A stretch of DNA of 64,000 bases from an uncultured cyanobacterium (GCA_963706595.1 OY970166.1:3072001-3136000), one strand, 5' to 3'. Shown: positions 20,327-30,966, numbered from the stretch's first letter. The notes: generated by a model not told the origin, from the letters alone. Numbers and translations are program-made.

Positions 20327-23300
20327 ATGCCAAGGAATATTTGTTGGGATGAATCGGTTTTAGAGAATGTGCTGATTTTGGTAGAAGCTTTAATGCAACT
20401 GTCTGAACTGCAACCTGAAAACTTACAACCAAAACCTCCACTTTATGTTCAGTGGGAAGCTGATAATAAACTGCGCGTTACAGGATACGAAACCAAACCG
20501 ACACGAGGAAAAATAGCTAGAACAGTTGAAGTTGGCACAAAGAAGGAACACTTACTCAAGCTTGTGACAACGGTAGGTAAAACCTTAAAACTGCGTCAGC
20601 GCCGAAAAGGACCTGTTAGAAGTCAGCTAGAAAGAGAATTGGAAGAAGTGCAATATTTTTTCGACAGTCTCAGAGAATTGAAACTGATAGATAAATTCAT
20701 ACAGAAGCAAGGTTATTGGAAATTTACGCTGACGCTGAAACATCAAACTGCATCAAAGCAAGAGAATTTGCAGGTGGTGAAGCAGAAGTGGAACGAACAC
20801 CCCAAGACAAAAGCAACTTCTCAGATTATCCTAACCACTGATACAAGCATTGACTGGCGCGATATTTGCCACAAAAGGCTGGAAAAGCAGCAAGAAGATG
20901 CACAACTCAGACACAAAGCCACAGAGAAAGGTTTTGAAGTCAATGTTTATGTTCCTTTAGGACTGGTGGAACGCAAACAGCAGCAACGCCGAGGTGAACA
21001 CGAACAGCGAGAACAAGAAAATCCCTATGCATTAGATAAAGAAGTCATTGTCAAAACTTATGAACGTGGCGACTTTCTTCTACAAGTGATTGGACAAAAA
21101 CCAGCCGGAAATCACAAGCATATTGCCATCATCGGAGAACCAGGTGCAGGTAAGACAACTTTATTAACTAATATCGCCTCTTTTATTAAAGACACATCTG
21201 AAGATTTACCTATCTTTATATCTCTTGCTAACTTGCAAGGAAAGACTATTGAAGACTATTTACTCAAAATCTGGCTGACTGAAGCCATGAGATTAGTTAA
21301 AGTTGTCGTCACTCCAGAAATTGAAGATCAGTTAATCGAACGCTTTAGGAAAGGAGGGGTTTGGCTGCTGTTAGATGGTGTAGATGAAATGGGTGAGAAT
21401 TCTCCCATCCAAGCATTAAGCAAAATTAATCAAGCACTCAAACAATTGCCGATAGAGGTGCGGGTGGTGCTGACTTGTCGGTTAAATGTTTGGGATGCCA
21501 ATGTTAATAATACACTTACAGGTTTTGACATCTATAAAACCCAAGAATTTAAACCAGAGCAAATTGACGACTTCATTCAGCAATGGTTTACTTGTGCCGA
21601 AAAGCAACAGCGCGGTGAAGAACTTAAGGCGAAATTAAAAGCACCTAAATATGAAAAAATCTGTAAATTGGTAACAAATCCTTTGCGTTTGGCGCTGTTG
21701 TGTCAAACTTTCTATCTGGATAAGCAAGGAGAATTACCAGAAACTAAAGCCGCCCTTTATCAGAGATTTACCCGCTATTTCTATGAGTGGAAACCTGAAC
21801 AATTTTGTGAGTTGATTAACTCTGATGATGTGAAGGATGAATTACACAAAGCTTTAAGTAAATTAGCTTTTGCAGGTATTAACAGTGCGGCTAGATTTCG
21901 CTTGAAGCGGAGTTTAGCACGGCAACAAATGGGTGAAAAGCTGTTTAAATTAGCTTGTGATGTCGGTTGGTTGAATTTAGTAGACAGGTTAGCGGGAACA
22001 GATGAAGAAGTTTATGCTTTCTTTCATCCCAACTTTCAGGAATACTTTGCAGCGTTAAAGGTTAAGGATTGGCGCGAGTTTTTTAAACCTATTCCCAAAA
22101 AACCTACGCCAGATGTTTACCGCATTTTTGAACCGCAGTGGAAGGAAGTAATTTTGCTGTGGTTGGGAAGAGAAGATGTAGAGCCGAGAGAGAAAGAGGC
22201 GTTTATTAAAGCGTTGGTGGAATTTGATGACCAATGTGGAGATTGGAGCAATATTCATCAAGTAAGACATGGATATTATGAATTTAGAGCTTATTTTCTT
22301 GCTGCTGCGGGTATTACAGAGTTTAAATATTTCCAAGCAAAGGAAATAGTTGAACAAATCCTTAGATGGGGATTTGGTAAGTTCGATATTGCGAAACAGC
22401 AATGGGTGACATTTCTTTACCCAATTGCAAACGGAATAAAAGCAGCACTCCTACAAACAGAACGCGCAACAGCCATTGATGCCTTGGTGAAGTTAATCAC
22501 CGACTCCAATGTGGATGACTCTACCAAATACTACGCGGCATCTAGCTTAGGGCAAATTGGCTCTGGCAACCAAACAGCCATTGATGCCTTGGTGAAGTTA
22601 ATCGCCGACTCCAATGTGGATAATAATACCAAACACCAAGCGGCATCTAGCTTAGGGCAAATTGGCTCTGGCAACCAAACAGCCATTGATGCCTTGGTGA
22701 AGTTAATCGCCGACTCCAATGTGGATAATAATACCAAATACTACGCGGCATCTAGCTTAGGGCAAATTGGCTCTGGCAACCAAACAGCCATTGATGCCTT
22801 GGTGAAGTTAATCACCGACTCCAATGTGGGTAACTATACCAAATACTACGCGGCATCTAGCTTAGGACAGATTCACCCAGGCAACCAAACAGCCATTGAT
22901 GCCTTGGAGAAGTTAATTGCCAACTCCAATGTGGATAACTATACCAAATACTACGCGGCATCTAGCTTAGGGCAAATTGACCCACGCAACCAAACAGCCA
23001 TTGATGCCTTGGTGAACTTCATCGCCGACTCCAATGTGGATAACTATACCAAATACTACGCGGCATCTAGCTTAGGGCAAATTGGCTCTGGCAACCAAAC
23101 AGCCATTGATGCCTTGGTGAAGTTACTCGCCGACTCCAATGTAGATAACTATACCAAACACAAAGCGGCATTTAGCTTAGGGCAAATTGGCTCTGGCAAC
23201 CAAACAGCCATTGATGCCTTAGTGAAGTTAATCGCCGACTCCAATGTGGATAACTATACCAAATACTACGCGGCATCTAGCTTAGGGCAGATTGATCCAC

Positions 23301-24610
23301 GCAAGCAAACAGCCATTGATGCCTTGGTGAAGTTAATCACCGACTCTAATGTGGATAACTATACCAAATACTACGCGGCATCTAGCTTAGGGCAGATTGA
23401 TCCACGCAAGCAAACAGCCATTGATGCCTTGGTGAAGTTAATCACCGACTCCAATGTGAATAACTATATTAAAAGCGTAGCAGCATCTAGCTTAGGGCAA
23501 ATTGGCTCTGGCAATCAAACAGCCATTGATGCCTTGGTGAAGTTAATCGCCGACTCCAATGTGGATAATAATACCAAATACTACGCGGCATCTAGCTTAG
23601 GGCAAATTGACCCATGCAAGCAAACAGCCATTGATGCCTTGGTGAAGTTAATCGCCGACTCCAATGTGGATAATAATACCAAACACCAAGCGGCATCTAG
23701 CTTAGGGCAAATTGGCTCTGGCAATCAAACAGCCATTGATGCCTTGGTGAAGTTAATCGCCGACTCCAATGTGGATAACTATACCAAATACTACGCGGCA
23801 TCTAGCTTAGGGCAAATTGGCTCTGGCAACCAAACAGCCATTGATGCCTTGGTGAACTTCATCGACGACTCCAATGTGAATAACTATATTAAAAGCGTAG
23901 CGGTATCTAGCTTAGGGGAAATTGGCTCTGGCAACCAAACAGCCATTGATGCCTTGGTGAACTTCATCGCCGACTCCAATGTGGATGACGATACCAAACA
24001 CCGTGCGGTATCTAGCTTAGGGAAAATTTTGACAAAAGAACACATGGCGAGTGTTGTCACTGTGTTGAAGAATTGTTTATCAGATGAAATTTATAAGAGT
24101 GATTTTGACATCTTCAAGGAATGTTACTCCCTCTTCTGGGACTGCGCCCAAAATCTAACCTACCCAGATTTTTATCAAGCATGGCACGCTGGGGAAGACT
24201 CAGAAAATTTAGATTCTCCTAGCGAGACTTTTACACCCCAAAACCTGCAAGCTGCCATTAACAGCGATCGCCTACTCAGTCAAACCATCCACCTCATCTG
24301 CATTGACACTAGCAAATTTATTGACCCCAATCACCCAGCATCTAAAATTTACACTGAAATCGTCAAAGCTGGCTGTCCCAAGTGCGAAGATGGTACACCA
24401 AAGACAATGACGGAACTTAAAACTTATTGGGACTTGCTAGAAACTGACAAACGTGTGGTTTTAGTGTTTTATCAAGGTATGGGTTCACAATCACAACAAT
24501 TAAGCGATCTCATCCTCAACCACCTCAGCAAATTTAACAATACCATTTGTGTCATCGGCGACCAAACAAGCGATGATATTTTAAATCGGCTGCGGAGTCT
24601 GCAAAGTTAA
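20327..24610 (+). CDS. NACHT (STAND) NTPase with N-terminal putative DNA-binding domain and HEAT repeats
   Basis: GEPGAGKTT, LLLDGVDE, LTCR, NPLRL, FFHPNFQEYFAA; 15 x 35-aa HEAT-like units. Confidence 0.9.
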   Translation: MPRNICWDESVLENVLILVEALMQLSELQPENLQPKPPLYVQWEADNKLRVTGYETKPTRGKIARTVEVGTKKEHLLKLVTTVGKTLKLRQRRKGPVRSQLERELEEVQYFFDSLRELKLIDKFIQKQGYWKFTLTLKHQTASKQENLQVVKQKWNEHPKTKATSQIILTTDTSIDWRDICHKRLEKQQEDAQLRHKATEKGFEVNVYVPLGLVERKQQQRRGEHEQREQENPYALDKEVIVKTYERGDFLLQVIGQKPAGNHKHIAIIGEPGAGKTTLLTNIASFIKDTSEDLPIFISLANLQGKTIEDYLLKIWLTEAMRLVKVVVTPEIEDQLIERFRKGGVWLLLDGVDEMGENSPIQALSKINQALKQLPIEVRVVLTCRLNVWDANVNNTLTGFDIYKTQEFKPEQIDDFIQQWFTCAEKQQRGEELKAKLKAPKYEKICKLVTNPLRLALLCQTFYLDKQGELPETKAALYQRFTRYFYEWKPEQFCELINSDDVKDELHKALSKLAFAGINSAARFRLKRSLARQQMGEKLFKLACDVGWLNLVDRLAGTDEEVYAFFHPNFQEYFAALKVKDWREFFKPIPKKPTPDVYRIFEPQWKEVILLWLGREDVEPREKEAFIKALVEFDDQCGDWSNIHQVRHGYYEFRAYFLAAAGITEFKYFQAKEIVEQILRWGFGKFDIAKQQWVTFLYPIANGIKAALLQTERATAIDALVKLITDSNVDDSTKYYAASSLGQIGSGNQTAIDALVKLIADSNVDNNTKHQAASSLGQIGSGNQTAIDALVKLIADSNVDNNTKYYAASSLGQIGSGNQTAIDALVKLITDSNVGNYTKYYAASSLGQIHPGNQTAIDALEKLIANSNVDNYTKYYAASSLGQIDPRNQTAIDALVNFIADSNVDNYTKYYAASSLGQIGSGNQTAIDALVKLLADSNVDNYTKHKAAFSLGQIGSGNQTAIDALVKLIADSNVDNYTKYYAASSLGQIDPRKQTAIDALVKLITDSNVDNYTKYYAASSLGQIDPRKQTAIDALVKLITDSNVNNYIKSVAASSLGQIGSGNQTAIDALVKLIADSNVDNNTKYYAASSLGQIDPCKQTAIDALVKLIADSNVDNNTKHQAASSLGQIGSGNQTAIDALVKLIADSNVDNYTKYYAASSLGQIGSGNQTAIDALVNFIDDSNVNNYIKSVAVSSLGEIGSGNQTAIDALVNFIADSNVDDDTKHRAVSSLGKILTKEHMASVVTVLKNCLSDEIYKSDFDIFKECYSLFWDCAQNLTYPDFYQAWHAGEDSENLDSPSETFTPQNLQAAINSDRLLSQTIHLICIDTSKFIDPNHPASKIYTEIVKAGCPKCEDGTPKTMTELKTYWDLLETDKRVVLVFYQGMGSQSQQLSDLILNHLSKFNNTICVIGDQTSDDILNRLRSLQS
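22468..24030 (+). repeat. 15 tandem 105-bp HEAT-repeat units (last one partial)
   Basis: AGCCATTGATGCC recurs every 105 bp from 22471 to 23941. Confidence 0.95.
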
Positions 24611-24768
24611 TTCAGCGTTAGCCAAGAGAGATGCCAAGTTTCTCCATTGATCGCGATCGCATCATATCTGCAACTCGGTAGTGCAGTGAACTTACTCCAG
24701 GCTTTTTTTAGTTCAGTTGAACTCCCTTCTATTTGGTAAAATCTAGGGTGAGCCAGAGGAGAACAGAC

Positions 24769-25503
24769 ATGGTAGCCGCCCAAACGAATTTAAATATTTC
24801 TGCCTTAGAAGGAGAATATAGTCAAAGAACACCCAGAGAAATTATCAAATTTGCCTTAGAGACTTATCACAATCTCTCGATTTCTTTTAGTGGTGCTGAG
24901 GATGTTGTTCTGATTGATATCGCCTCAAAAATTACCAAAGATTTCCGTGTTTTTACACTCGATACCGGACGCTTGCACCCAGAAACTTATCAGTTATTGG
25001 ATCAGGTTCGAGAACATTATGGGATTAAATTAGAAGTTCAATTCCCGGATGCTGCGGAAGTACAAGCTTTAGTCGAAGAAAAGGGATTGTTTAGTTTCTA
25101 TCAAGATGGTCACAAAGAATGCTGCGGAGTTCGCAAAGTTAGACCATTACGCCGCAAACTCAATACCCTTGATGCTTGGATTACCGGACAACGCAAAGAC
25201 CAAAGTCCTAGTACCCGCAATCATATTCCTGTAATTGAAGTTGATACTGCTTTCTCTACCCCAGACCATCAGTTAATTAAATTTAACCCTTTAGCAAACT
25301 GGTCTTCCACACGGGTGTGGGAATACATTCGCGCTTTCAATGTGCCTTATAATAAGTTGCACGAACGCGGTTTTATCAGCATCGGTTGCGAACCTTGCAC
25401 TCGACCTGTGTTACCTAGCCAGCATGAACGCGAAGGTCGCTGGTGGTGGGAAGAATCCACAATGAAAGAGTGCGGTTTACACGCTGGGAATTTAGAAAAA
25501 TAG
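24769..25503 (+). CDS. cysH: Adenylyl-/phosphoadenylyl-sulfate reductase ([4Fe-4S] APS-reductase type)
   Basis: [46 protein letters not shown] upstream. Confidence 0.9.
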   Translation: MVAAQTNLNISALEGEYSQRTPREIIKFALETYHNLSISFSGAEDVVLIDIASKITKDFRVFTLDTGRLHPETYQLLDQVREHYGIKLEVQFPDAAEVQALVEEKGLFSFYQDGHKECCGVRKVRPLRRKLNTLDAWITGQRKDQSPSTRNHIPVIEVDTAFSTPDHQLIKFNPLANWSSTRVWEYIRAFNVPYNKLHERGFISIGCEPCTRPVLPSQHEREGRWWWEESTMKECGLHAGNLEK

Positions 25504-25542
25504 TTAGATAGGCGATCGCCTTCGGTACGGTTTTGGCGATCG

Positions 25543-25812
25543 CTATCCTTTACGGCTTTTCCAGTATCCAGGTTCTCGACTGCAATTTTCTAGAAGCCGT
25601 CTTACTTGTGCTAAAGCCTCATCACCTGATATCGGCTCAACAGCACCGCTACGAATTTCATCTCGCCGTCGCTTTGCTTCAGTCGTCCAAGCAGCCTCAA
25701 AAATTGGATCAATATCAAATTCTAGGCTTTCGACGAGTTTTTCTGCTAAAAAAGCTCTAGATTCGTTTGGTAAAGATAATGCTTCTTGCATCAGTTGTTC
25801 AATAGACAACAT
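25543..25812 (-). CDS. Addiction-module antitoxin fused to a toxin C-terminal remnant
   Basis: EQLMQEALSLP..SRAFLAEKLVESL, AW..EA.RR..EI.SG.V; tail CSREPGYWKSR resembles the end of ParE/RelE-type toxins. Confidence 0.7.
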   Translation of the reverse strand: MLSIEQLMQEALSLPNESRAFLAEKLVESLEFDIDPIFEAAWTTEAKRRRDEIRSGAVEPISGDEALAQVRRLLENCSREPGYWKSRKG

Positions 25813-25842
25813 AATCACACAAGTGGGGTTTAACTTCTGCTT

Positions 25843-26412
25843 TCAGTGTATCTCACCAATGGGAAACAGCCCTGACAACTCAATCATAAAACTATCTCGC
25901 AGATGAAAATCAGCCTCTACTCCTCGATGAACTAACGCCCAATAAATAATATTACTGTGTACATCTTCCACGACAGTAGTAATTGCAACTTCTATTTCTT
26001 GTTCTATAGCTACGATTTTACTCAAATCCACATCCAAAACCAGTGTTAAACTATCCGATGCTTTCTGGACACTAAAGGGAAGAATATTAAAAGCTGTTTC
26101 CTCTTGCATTCCTTGACGGTAGCCATCAAAATGATAAACATTCCAATGTCCAGCAGGGGAAAGGTTAAACTCCCAATACTGGGCAGAATCTTTGATACCA
26201 ACAAAAAACTCAAAACAAGTACTTTCCCATAGTTCATGCGATCGCACTGGTGTATCTGATATCGGGGGAATAACGACTTGTTTTAAGTCACCGAAAAGCT
26301 GATAACGGAGGCTAAGTTTATTTGCACATCGAGCAATATTACCTGTAATTTGTAAATTAGGTAGAGATTCTTTTGAGGGAAAGGGTTGTAGAGAAAATGT
26401 CTGATTTTTCAT
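25843..26412 (-). CDS. DOMON-like / CBM9-like domain protein
   Basis: ELWESTCFEFF, YWEFNLSP.G.WN.Y.F..YR, YWAL.H....DFH. Confidence 0.75.
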   Translation of the reverse strand: MKNQTFSLQPFPSKESLPNLQITGNIARCANKLSLRYQLFGDLKQVVIPPISDTPVRSHELWESTCFEFFVGIKDSAQYWEFNLSPAGHWNVYHFDGYRQGMQEETAFNILPFSVQKASDSLTLVLDVDLSKIVAIEQEIEVAITTVVEDVHSNIIYWALVHRGVEADFHLRDSFMIELSGLFPIGEIH

Positions 26413-27509
26413 CTCAAATCTGCGATAATTTGGCGAATCTTGATTTCTTGAGCTTCGATACTTTCAGTCAGCTTAAACTGGACTAACGCCCTGGCTAAAT
26501 TATGTTCTGGATACTTAATTTTGAAGTAGACATTTCCCGCTAAATAGTCAGTAAAGAATCTCAGCCCTAACTCAAAGGTAATCAGACGAATAGCAGCGTA
26601 AATGTAGCTATAGTCATTCTCTGTGAGAAAAGCTTGAGCAACATCAAGATAACCCTGTAAAATTCCTTGACACAAGTCTGTATCAAAATAAACCTTTTCC
26701 CAATCTTCTGTTTCTTCTCCCACCGGATTGCAACCCGACCGCAAACAGTCGCCAATGTCGTAATGTATTAATCCCGGCTTTACGGTGTCGAGGTCAATAA
26801 TGCTAACTGCTTGCTGTGTAGTAGTATCAAACAATACGTTATTTATTTTGGGGTCGCCATGTATAAGGCGTAATGGTAGTTTGCCTGTAGCTTTGGCATC
26901 TTCTAAAATATTTGCAAAGCTGGTGCGACTGCTGACAAATTGTAAGCAATAATCAACCTCTGGGGATGTGTGCGGGGAATTTCTCCTCAGTATATCCTCG
27001 TACTGCTGAAGATAAACTGGTGTAATATGAAATCCTGGTAAAGTATCCGCCAGTTTTGCGGGGGGTAAATCACTGATCAGATTGTGGAACATTCCCAAGG
27101 CATAACCGATTTCTGAAGCGTATGAAATATCTGGCAAAGTGTCGAATGATTGGGCGTTTTTCACGAAGCTGATAGCCCGCCAGCAGCCATTATTCTGGTC
27201 TATCCAGAGGTTTTGAGTATCCTGAGTTAATAACACACGGGGAACCTCCCAGCGCCGGTTGGTTGGAGTAAGTTTTAGATTCTGGCTAACATGATCTGTT
27301 AAAATCTGCATATTCTGCATCACCAGTTTTGGCTGCCCAAACACCTGTGTATTGATGCGTTGCAGCACAAAATGCTTTTTCTCTGACGAATCCAAAGTTA
27401 CCAGAAAAGTGTCATTAATATTACCATTTCCCAACGATTGAATGCCCGTAACTTGACCTTGAGACGTGAATTTTTCGGCTATAGCAATTAAATTGATCTC
27501 TTTTGTCAT
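26409..27509 (-). CDS. APH-family phosphotransferase (N-acetylhexosamine-kinase-like)
   Basis: GNGNINDTF, LQRIN, HGDPKINN, IDLDT, LRFFTDYL.G..YFK. Confidence 0.85.
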   Translation of the reverse strand: MTKEINLIAIAEKFTSQGQVTGIQSLGNGNINDTFLVTLDSSEKKHFVLQRINTQVFGQPKLVMQNMQILTDHVSQNLKLTPTNRRWEVPRVLLTQDTQNLWIDQNNGCWRAISFVKNAQSFDTLPDISYASEIGYALGMFHNLISDLPPAKLADTLPGFHITPVYLQQYEDILRRNSPHTSPEVDYCLQFVSSRTSFANILEDAKATGKLPLRLIHGDPKINNVLFDTTTQQAVSIIDLDTVKPGLIHYDIGDCLRSGCNPVGEETEDWEKVYFDTDLCQGILQGYLDVAQAFLTENDYSYIYAAIRLITFELGLRFFTDYLAGNVYFKIKYPEHNLARALVQFKLTESIEAQEIKIRQIIADLR

Positions 27510-27633
27510 GTTCTTTGACCTGCACTACTCCCCACATACACTGCACAACAGCTTAGGGGATATAGTAGCCTAAGTTTCACTTCAAGAGAATTACGGGCGA
27601 TACCTACGGTAAGCTACGCTAACGCACAAAGTT

Positions 27634-27969
27634 TTAAGCAACACCATAATCTGTGTACTGCCGTTTGAAAGGAGGTTGCAAACCCAAGATAATATCTTCT
27701 CGTGGTACTCCCATTTCAACTAATTCCTCAGCCGGATTCTGATCAGTTAAATTCTGCTGAAGCCAAATTTTGCCATTTTTAATGTCGAAATGCATAACAC
27801 ATCGATAAACCCGATTAAATTGCTGCCAACCCACATTCATCCACTGGTAATGGTTATGCTCAGTATCTAAGATGAGTTGAACTTCTACGTCCTGATCTGA
27901 GACATCATTACTAGCATAACGAGTCAGTAGTGTTTTAATACATTCCTGATATTTTGCTACTTTATCCAC
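27634..27969 (-). CDS. xisI: XisI family protein
   Basis: HFDIKNGKIWLQQN.T...AEELVEMGVPREDIILG..PP..R.YT.YGVA. Confidence 0.9.
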   Translation of the reverse strand: MDKVAKYQECIKTLLTRYASNDVSDQDVEVQLILDTEHNHYQWMNVGWQQFNRVYRCVMHFDIKNGKIWLQQNLTDQNPAEELVEMGVPREDIILGLQPPFKRQYTDYGVA

Positions 27970-28373
27970 TGCACAATCACCTCATTTGCTGGATCATATA
28001 CAATTAGTGGTATTTGATATTGTTGTACCGCAATTTTGGTAAACTCAAGTTGAAAAAATGTTTGGTATGTATCCAAAGGAACCGCCAAGTATAATAATCT
28101 TTCTGGTTCAGTGGCTGCCAATGCCAGGCGATAACTGAGAAACTGTCCCAAGGCAGAGTAAAAATCTGTGATTGCAGAAGGATTTAGAAAGCTTTTGATC
28201 TCAATTGCTATTTTCTCTCCGGCTTTCTCAGCAGCAATCAATTTCTCCGCGCCCAGGTCAATCTGAAAATTGATATCGCCGAATTTAAACTTAAGTGGGT
28301 CGTTTGTAATTAACCACTGCTCTTTTTGAAGAGCTTGTTTTACCATTTCGTGAAAGATATCTTTGGCAGACAC
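27957..28373 (-). CDS. xisH: XisH family protein
   Basis: SAKDIFH, IDLGAEK, IAIEIKSF, ALGQFLSYR, LYLAVP. Confidence 0.9.
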   Translation of the reverse strand: MSAKDIFHEMVKQALQKEQWLITNDPLKFKFGDINFQIDLGAEKLIAAEKAGEKIAIEIKSFLNPSAITDFYSALGQFLSYRLALAATEPERLLYLAVPLDTYQTFFQLEFTKIAVQQYQIPLIVYDPANEVIVQWIK

Positions 28374-28416
28374 TTTATCCACTCGTCCTTTTTTACTTTA
28401 GCTTCCCAGCAGAAAT

Positions 28417-29586
28417 TCAACCCAACGCTTCAAACTGCTGCCAGCAAAGATATAATGCACGGGGTACATGAAAACAGCCCTTCCATTTACCACCTTTAAG
28501 ATTTAACAATACTTCCCCCCGACGATTGAGATAGCCGAACCACTCGCCGTATTCTGGATCGGCAAAGTGTGACCAAGTATAATCGTGCATCTTTTGATAC
28601 CATTCCCCACACTCAGCACGCCCTGTCAAGCGATCGCCCATTGCTAACGCCACTAGAGACTCTAAATGCACCCACCACAACTTTTGATCCCATTCCAGTT
28701 GCTGGGGAGGATGACCGTCTGCATCCATAAAGTAATATAATCCGCCGTACTCATTATCCCAGGCAAAATTGAGGATATTTAGCACCACATCAACGGCTTG
28801 ATTAATCGTCTGAGTATCCTTTGTCCGGTTGGCGATATCCATAATAAACCACATGGCCTCGATACCGTGACCAGGATTAATTAACCGCCCTTCAAAGCAA
28901 TCAATGTGGGAACCATCAGGGGCGACATTTTCATACATCAGCCCCCGTTTCTGGTCGAGAAAATCCGTCATTACTTCTTGAACAGTGCTAGCCAGGACAT
29001 TTTCCAGGGTTTCACTGGGTAGCAGCCATTCCATTTCTAGAGTCAGATTGGCTAAAATCATCGGTACAGCCAAAGATTTCATCGGGCGTGTACCGGGATA
29101 GGTCTTGTTATATTTACCTTTAGGATTATCTTTGCGGCGCAACACATTATTATAAGCTTGCATTGCTACGTCCTTAGCCCAATCTTCCCCAGAAGCTAAA
29201 GCATATTGACTAAATGCCATTGCTGCAAAACAATCAGAAAATATATTGTAAGGTTCTACCAGTGGCTGACCTTCACGGGTGAGGGCAAAGTACCAATTAC
29301 CTTCAGCGTCTCTACCATGTTGGGCGAGAAAATCAGCCCCATTTTTGGCAATTTTTAACCAGTTTTCTCGCTTTTCTAGCTGGTTGTACAGCATAGAGAA
29401 AGTCCAAATTTGGCGATTTTGCAACCAGATAAATTTGTCTGTGTCGTAGACCTCACCCTGACGGTTTAGACAGGTAAAATAGCCGCCTTGCTGCCAATCG
29501 AGTGAGTTTTTTTCCCAAAATGGAAGTACGTTATTGAGGAGAGTGTTTTTATAAAGTGCAGCCAGGGTTTTAAAGTCGTACTCCAT
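28417..29586 (-). CDS. N-acyl-D-glucosamine 2-epimerase (AGE family)
   Basis: [35 protein letters not shown]. Confidence 0.92.
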   Translation of the reverse strand: MEYDFKTLAALYKNTLLNNVLPFWEKNSLDWQQGGYFTCLNRQGEVYDTDKFIWLQNRQIWTFSMLYNQLEKRENWLKIAKNGADFLAQHGRDAEGNWYFALTREGQPLVEPYNIFSDCFAAMAFSQYALASGEDWAKDVAMQAYNNVLRRKDNPKGKYNKTYPGTRPMKSLAVPMILANLTLEMEWLLPSETLENVLASTVQEVMTDFLDQKRGLMYENVAPDGSHIDCFEGRLINPGHGIEAMWFIMDIANRTKDTQTINQAVDVVLNILNFAWDNEYGGLYYFMDADGHPPQQLEWDQKLWWVHLESLVALAMGDRLTGRAECGEWYQKMHDYTWSHFADPEYGEWFGYLNRRGEVLLNLKGGKWKGCFHVPRALYLCWQQFEALG

Positions 29587-29790
29587 AGATTTCCTGCCAA
29601 AACTAATAACTTAATTATTATCAGTTACGACTAACGATTTAGGAATGCGGATTTAATAAAATATAGAACCTCACCCCCAACCCCTCTCCTTACTAAGGAG
29701 AGGGGAGTCTTGACTTTGAACAAAGTCAAAGGCGGGGTGAGGTTTCTTGACAATTATTATTAACCCGGTTAGGGAGTGGGAGATTAAGAA

Positions 29791-30108
29791 CTACTGCAAA
29801 GAACTACCCGTTTGAGACAGCATTTCTCCCAGTCGTTGCACCTTTGTGGCTACATCACCAGTAGCGTTAGCAGCTGCATTTTGAGTGTCTTCGCCCAAAT
29901 CGACCAGAATTTCTGCAATTGAGGAAGTATCGCCACTGGCGATCGCGTCTTTGAGTTCTCCCAAGTCTTCAGCCAGGTCAGTTCCTGATAGTTGTTGTTG
30001 CCACGTATTGATAATAGCCATCGCTTGATCGGTAGGGATGGATGTGAGGTCTCTTTGCAAAGCAGAGATGGTGCTGTCTATGTCAATGTTTTGGGTTGCA
30101 TCAGCCAT
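29791..30108 (-). CDS. Hypothetical acidic helical protein
   Basis: ATG after AGGAG RBS; about 105-aa ORF. Confidence 0.7.
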   Translation of the reverse strand: MADATQNIDIDSTISALQRDLTSIPTDQAMAIINTWQQQLSGTDLAEDLGELKDAIASGDTSSIAEILVDLGEDTQNAAANATGDVATKVQRLGEMLSQTGSSLQ

Positions 30109-30231
30109 AAGAAACTCCTGTGTTGAGTGGATCTCAATAATCCCCAATGGATTACTACCTGACCTCATTCTTCTCAAGATCAATACTTAAGTCCTCAGCC
30201 TAGAGTTATGTTCTCAAAGTTAGAGAATTTG

Positions 30232-30966
30232 TCAAAACTTGACTTTATATAAATCAAATAATTCTCCTGGTTGTCTCGCCACTACTTTTGCGCCATTAGC
30301 TTTGAGCATTTTTTCCCACTCAGCCACAGGTTCTAGAAAGACTTCAGCGCCTAAATATGTTTCCAAAACAGCCCAATCTTCGGCTAAAGGGTGTTCGGGA
30401 TTGAGGATGTCAAACACAAAATGTCCGTCTGGTTTCAAGACGCGCTTAACTTCTGCTAAGACGGCACTCCAATATTTTAGGGGAAAATAGCAGCTAAATC
30501 CTGTGGCGATCGCCAGATCAAATTGGTCTGCGGAGTAGTTTAATTGATGGGCTGGCCCCAACTCCACACCTTTGAACAGCTTAGAATTCAATTGCGGTCC
30601 ACGAGAAGTGAGGGTATCCCGTGCCACTGTGCTAATTTCTTGACCATAAAAGTATGCTAACCAATCCCGCCAAGGATAGATTAAAAAGCTGACACCACAG
30701 CCAATATCCAAACAGTGCTGGTTTTTTTTCGGTTGAGCAATTTCCCAAAAAGGAGAGGCAATTTTCCCAGACAACAGACCAGTCACCCATTCTTGATAGA
30801 TGGGCATTTCCTGTACTTCTGCTGGTAATTCCAAATCTTGCTTTTGATACTGTCGGTTAAAGCGATACCCCACCTGCGCCACTCTCTCCTGCCAGTTTTC
30901 TGAGTTATGGGGAGTTTGGGAGGGAAAAAGCTCAATTGGGTCTGGTGAATTCCGCTTTTTAGACAT
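30232..30966 (-). CDS. Class I SAM-dependent methyltransferase
   Basis: LDIGCG motif I; FDLAI; RVLKPDG. Confidence 0.88.
   Translation of the reverse strand: MSKKRNSPDPIELFPSQTPHNSENWQERVAQVGYRFNRQYQKQDLELPAEVQEMPIYQEWVTGLLSGKIASPFWEIAQPKKNQHCLDIGCGVSFLIYPWRDWLAYFYGQEISTVARDTLTSRGPQLNSKLFKGVELGPAHQLNYSADQFDLAIATGFSCYFPLKYWSAVLAEVKRVLKPDGHFVFDILNPEHPLAEDWAVLETYLGAEVFLEPVAEWEKMLKANGAKVVARQPGELFDLYKVKF

Noticed and set aside
22468..24030. 105-bp periodic repeats as a CRISPR array
   Set aside because: In-frame coding repeats with no unique spacers and no cas genes
27634..28373. fdxN-like excision element
   Set aside because: No xisF-type recombinase and no interrupted target gene in the window
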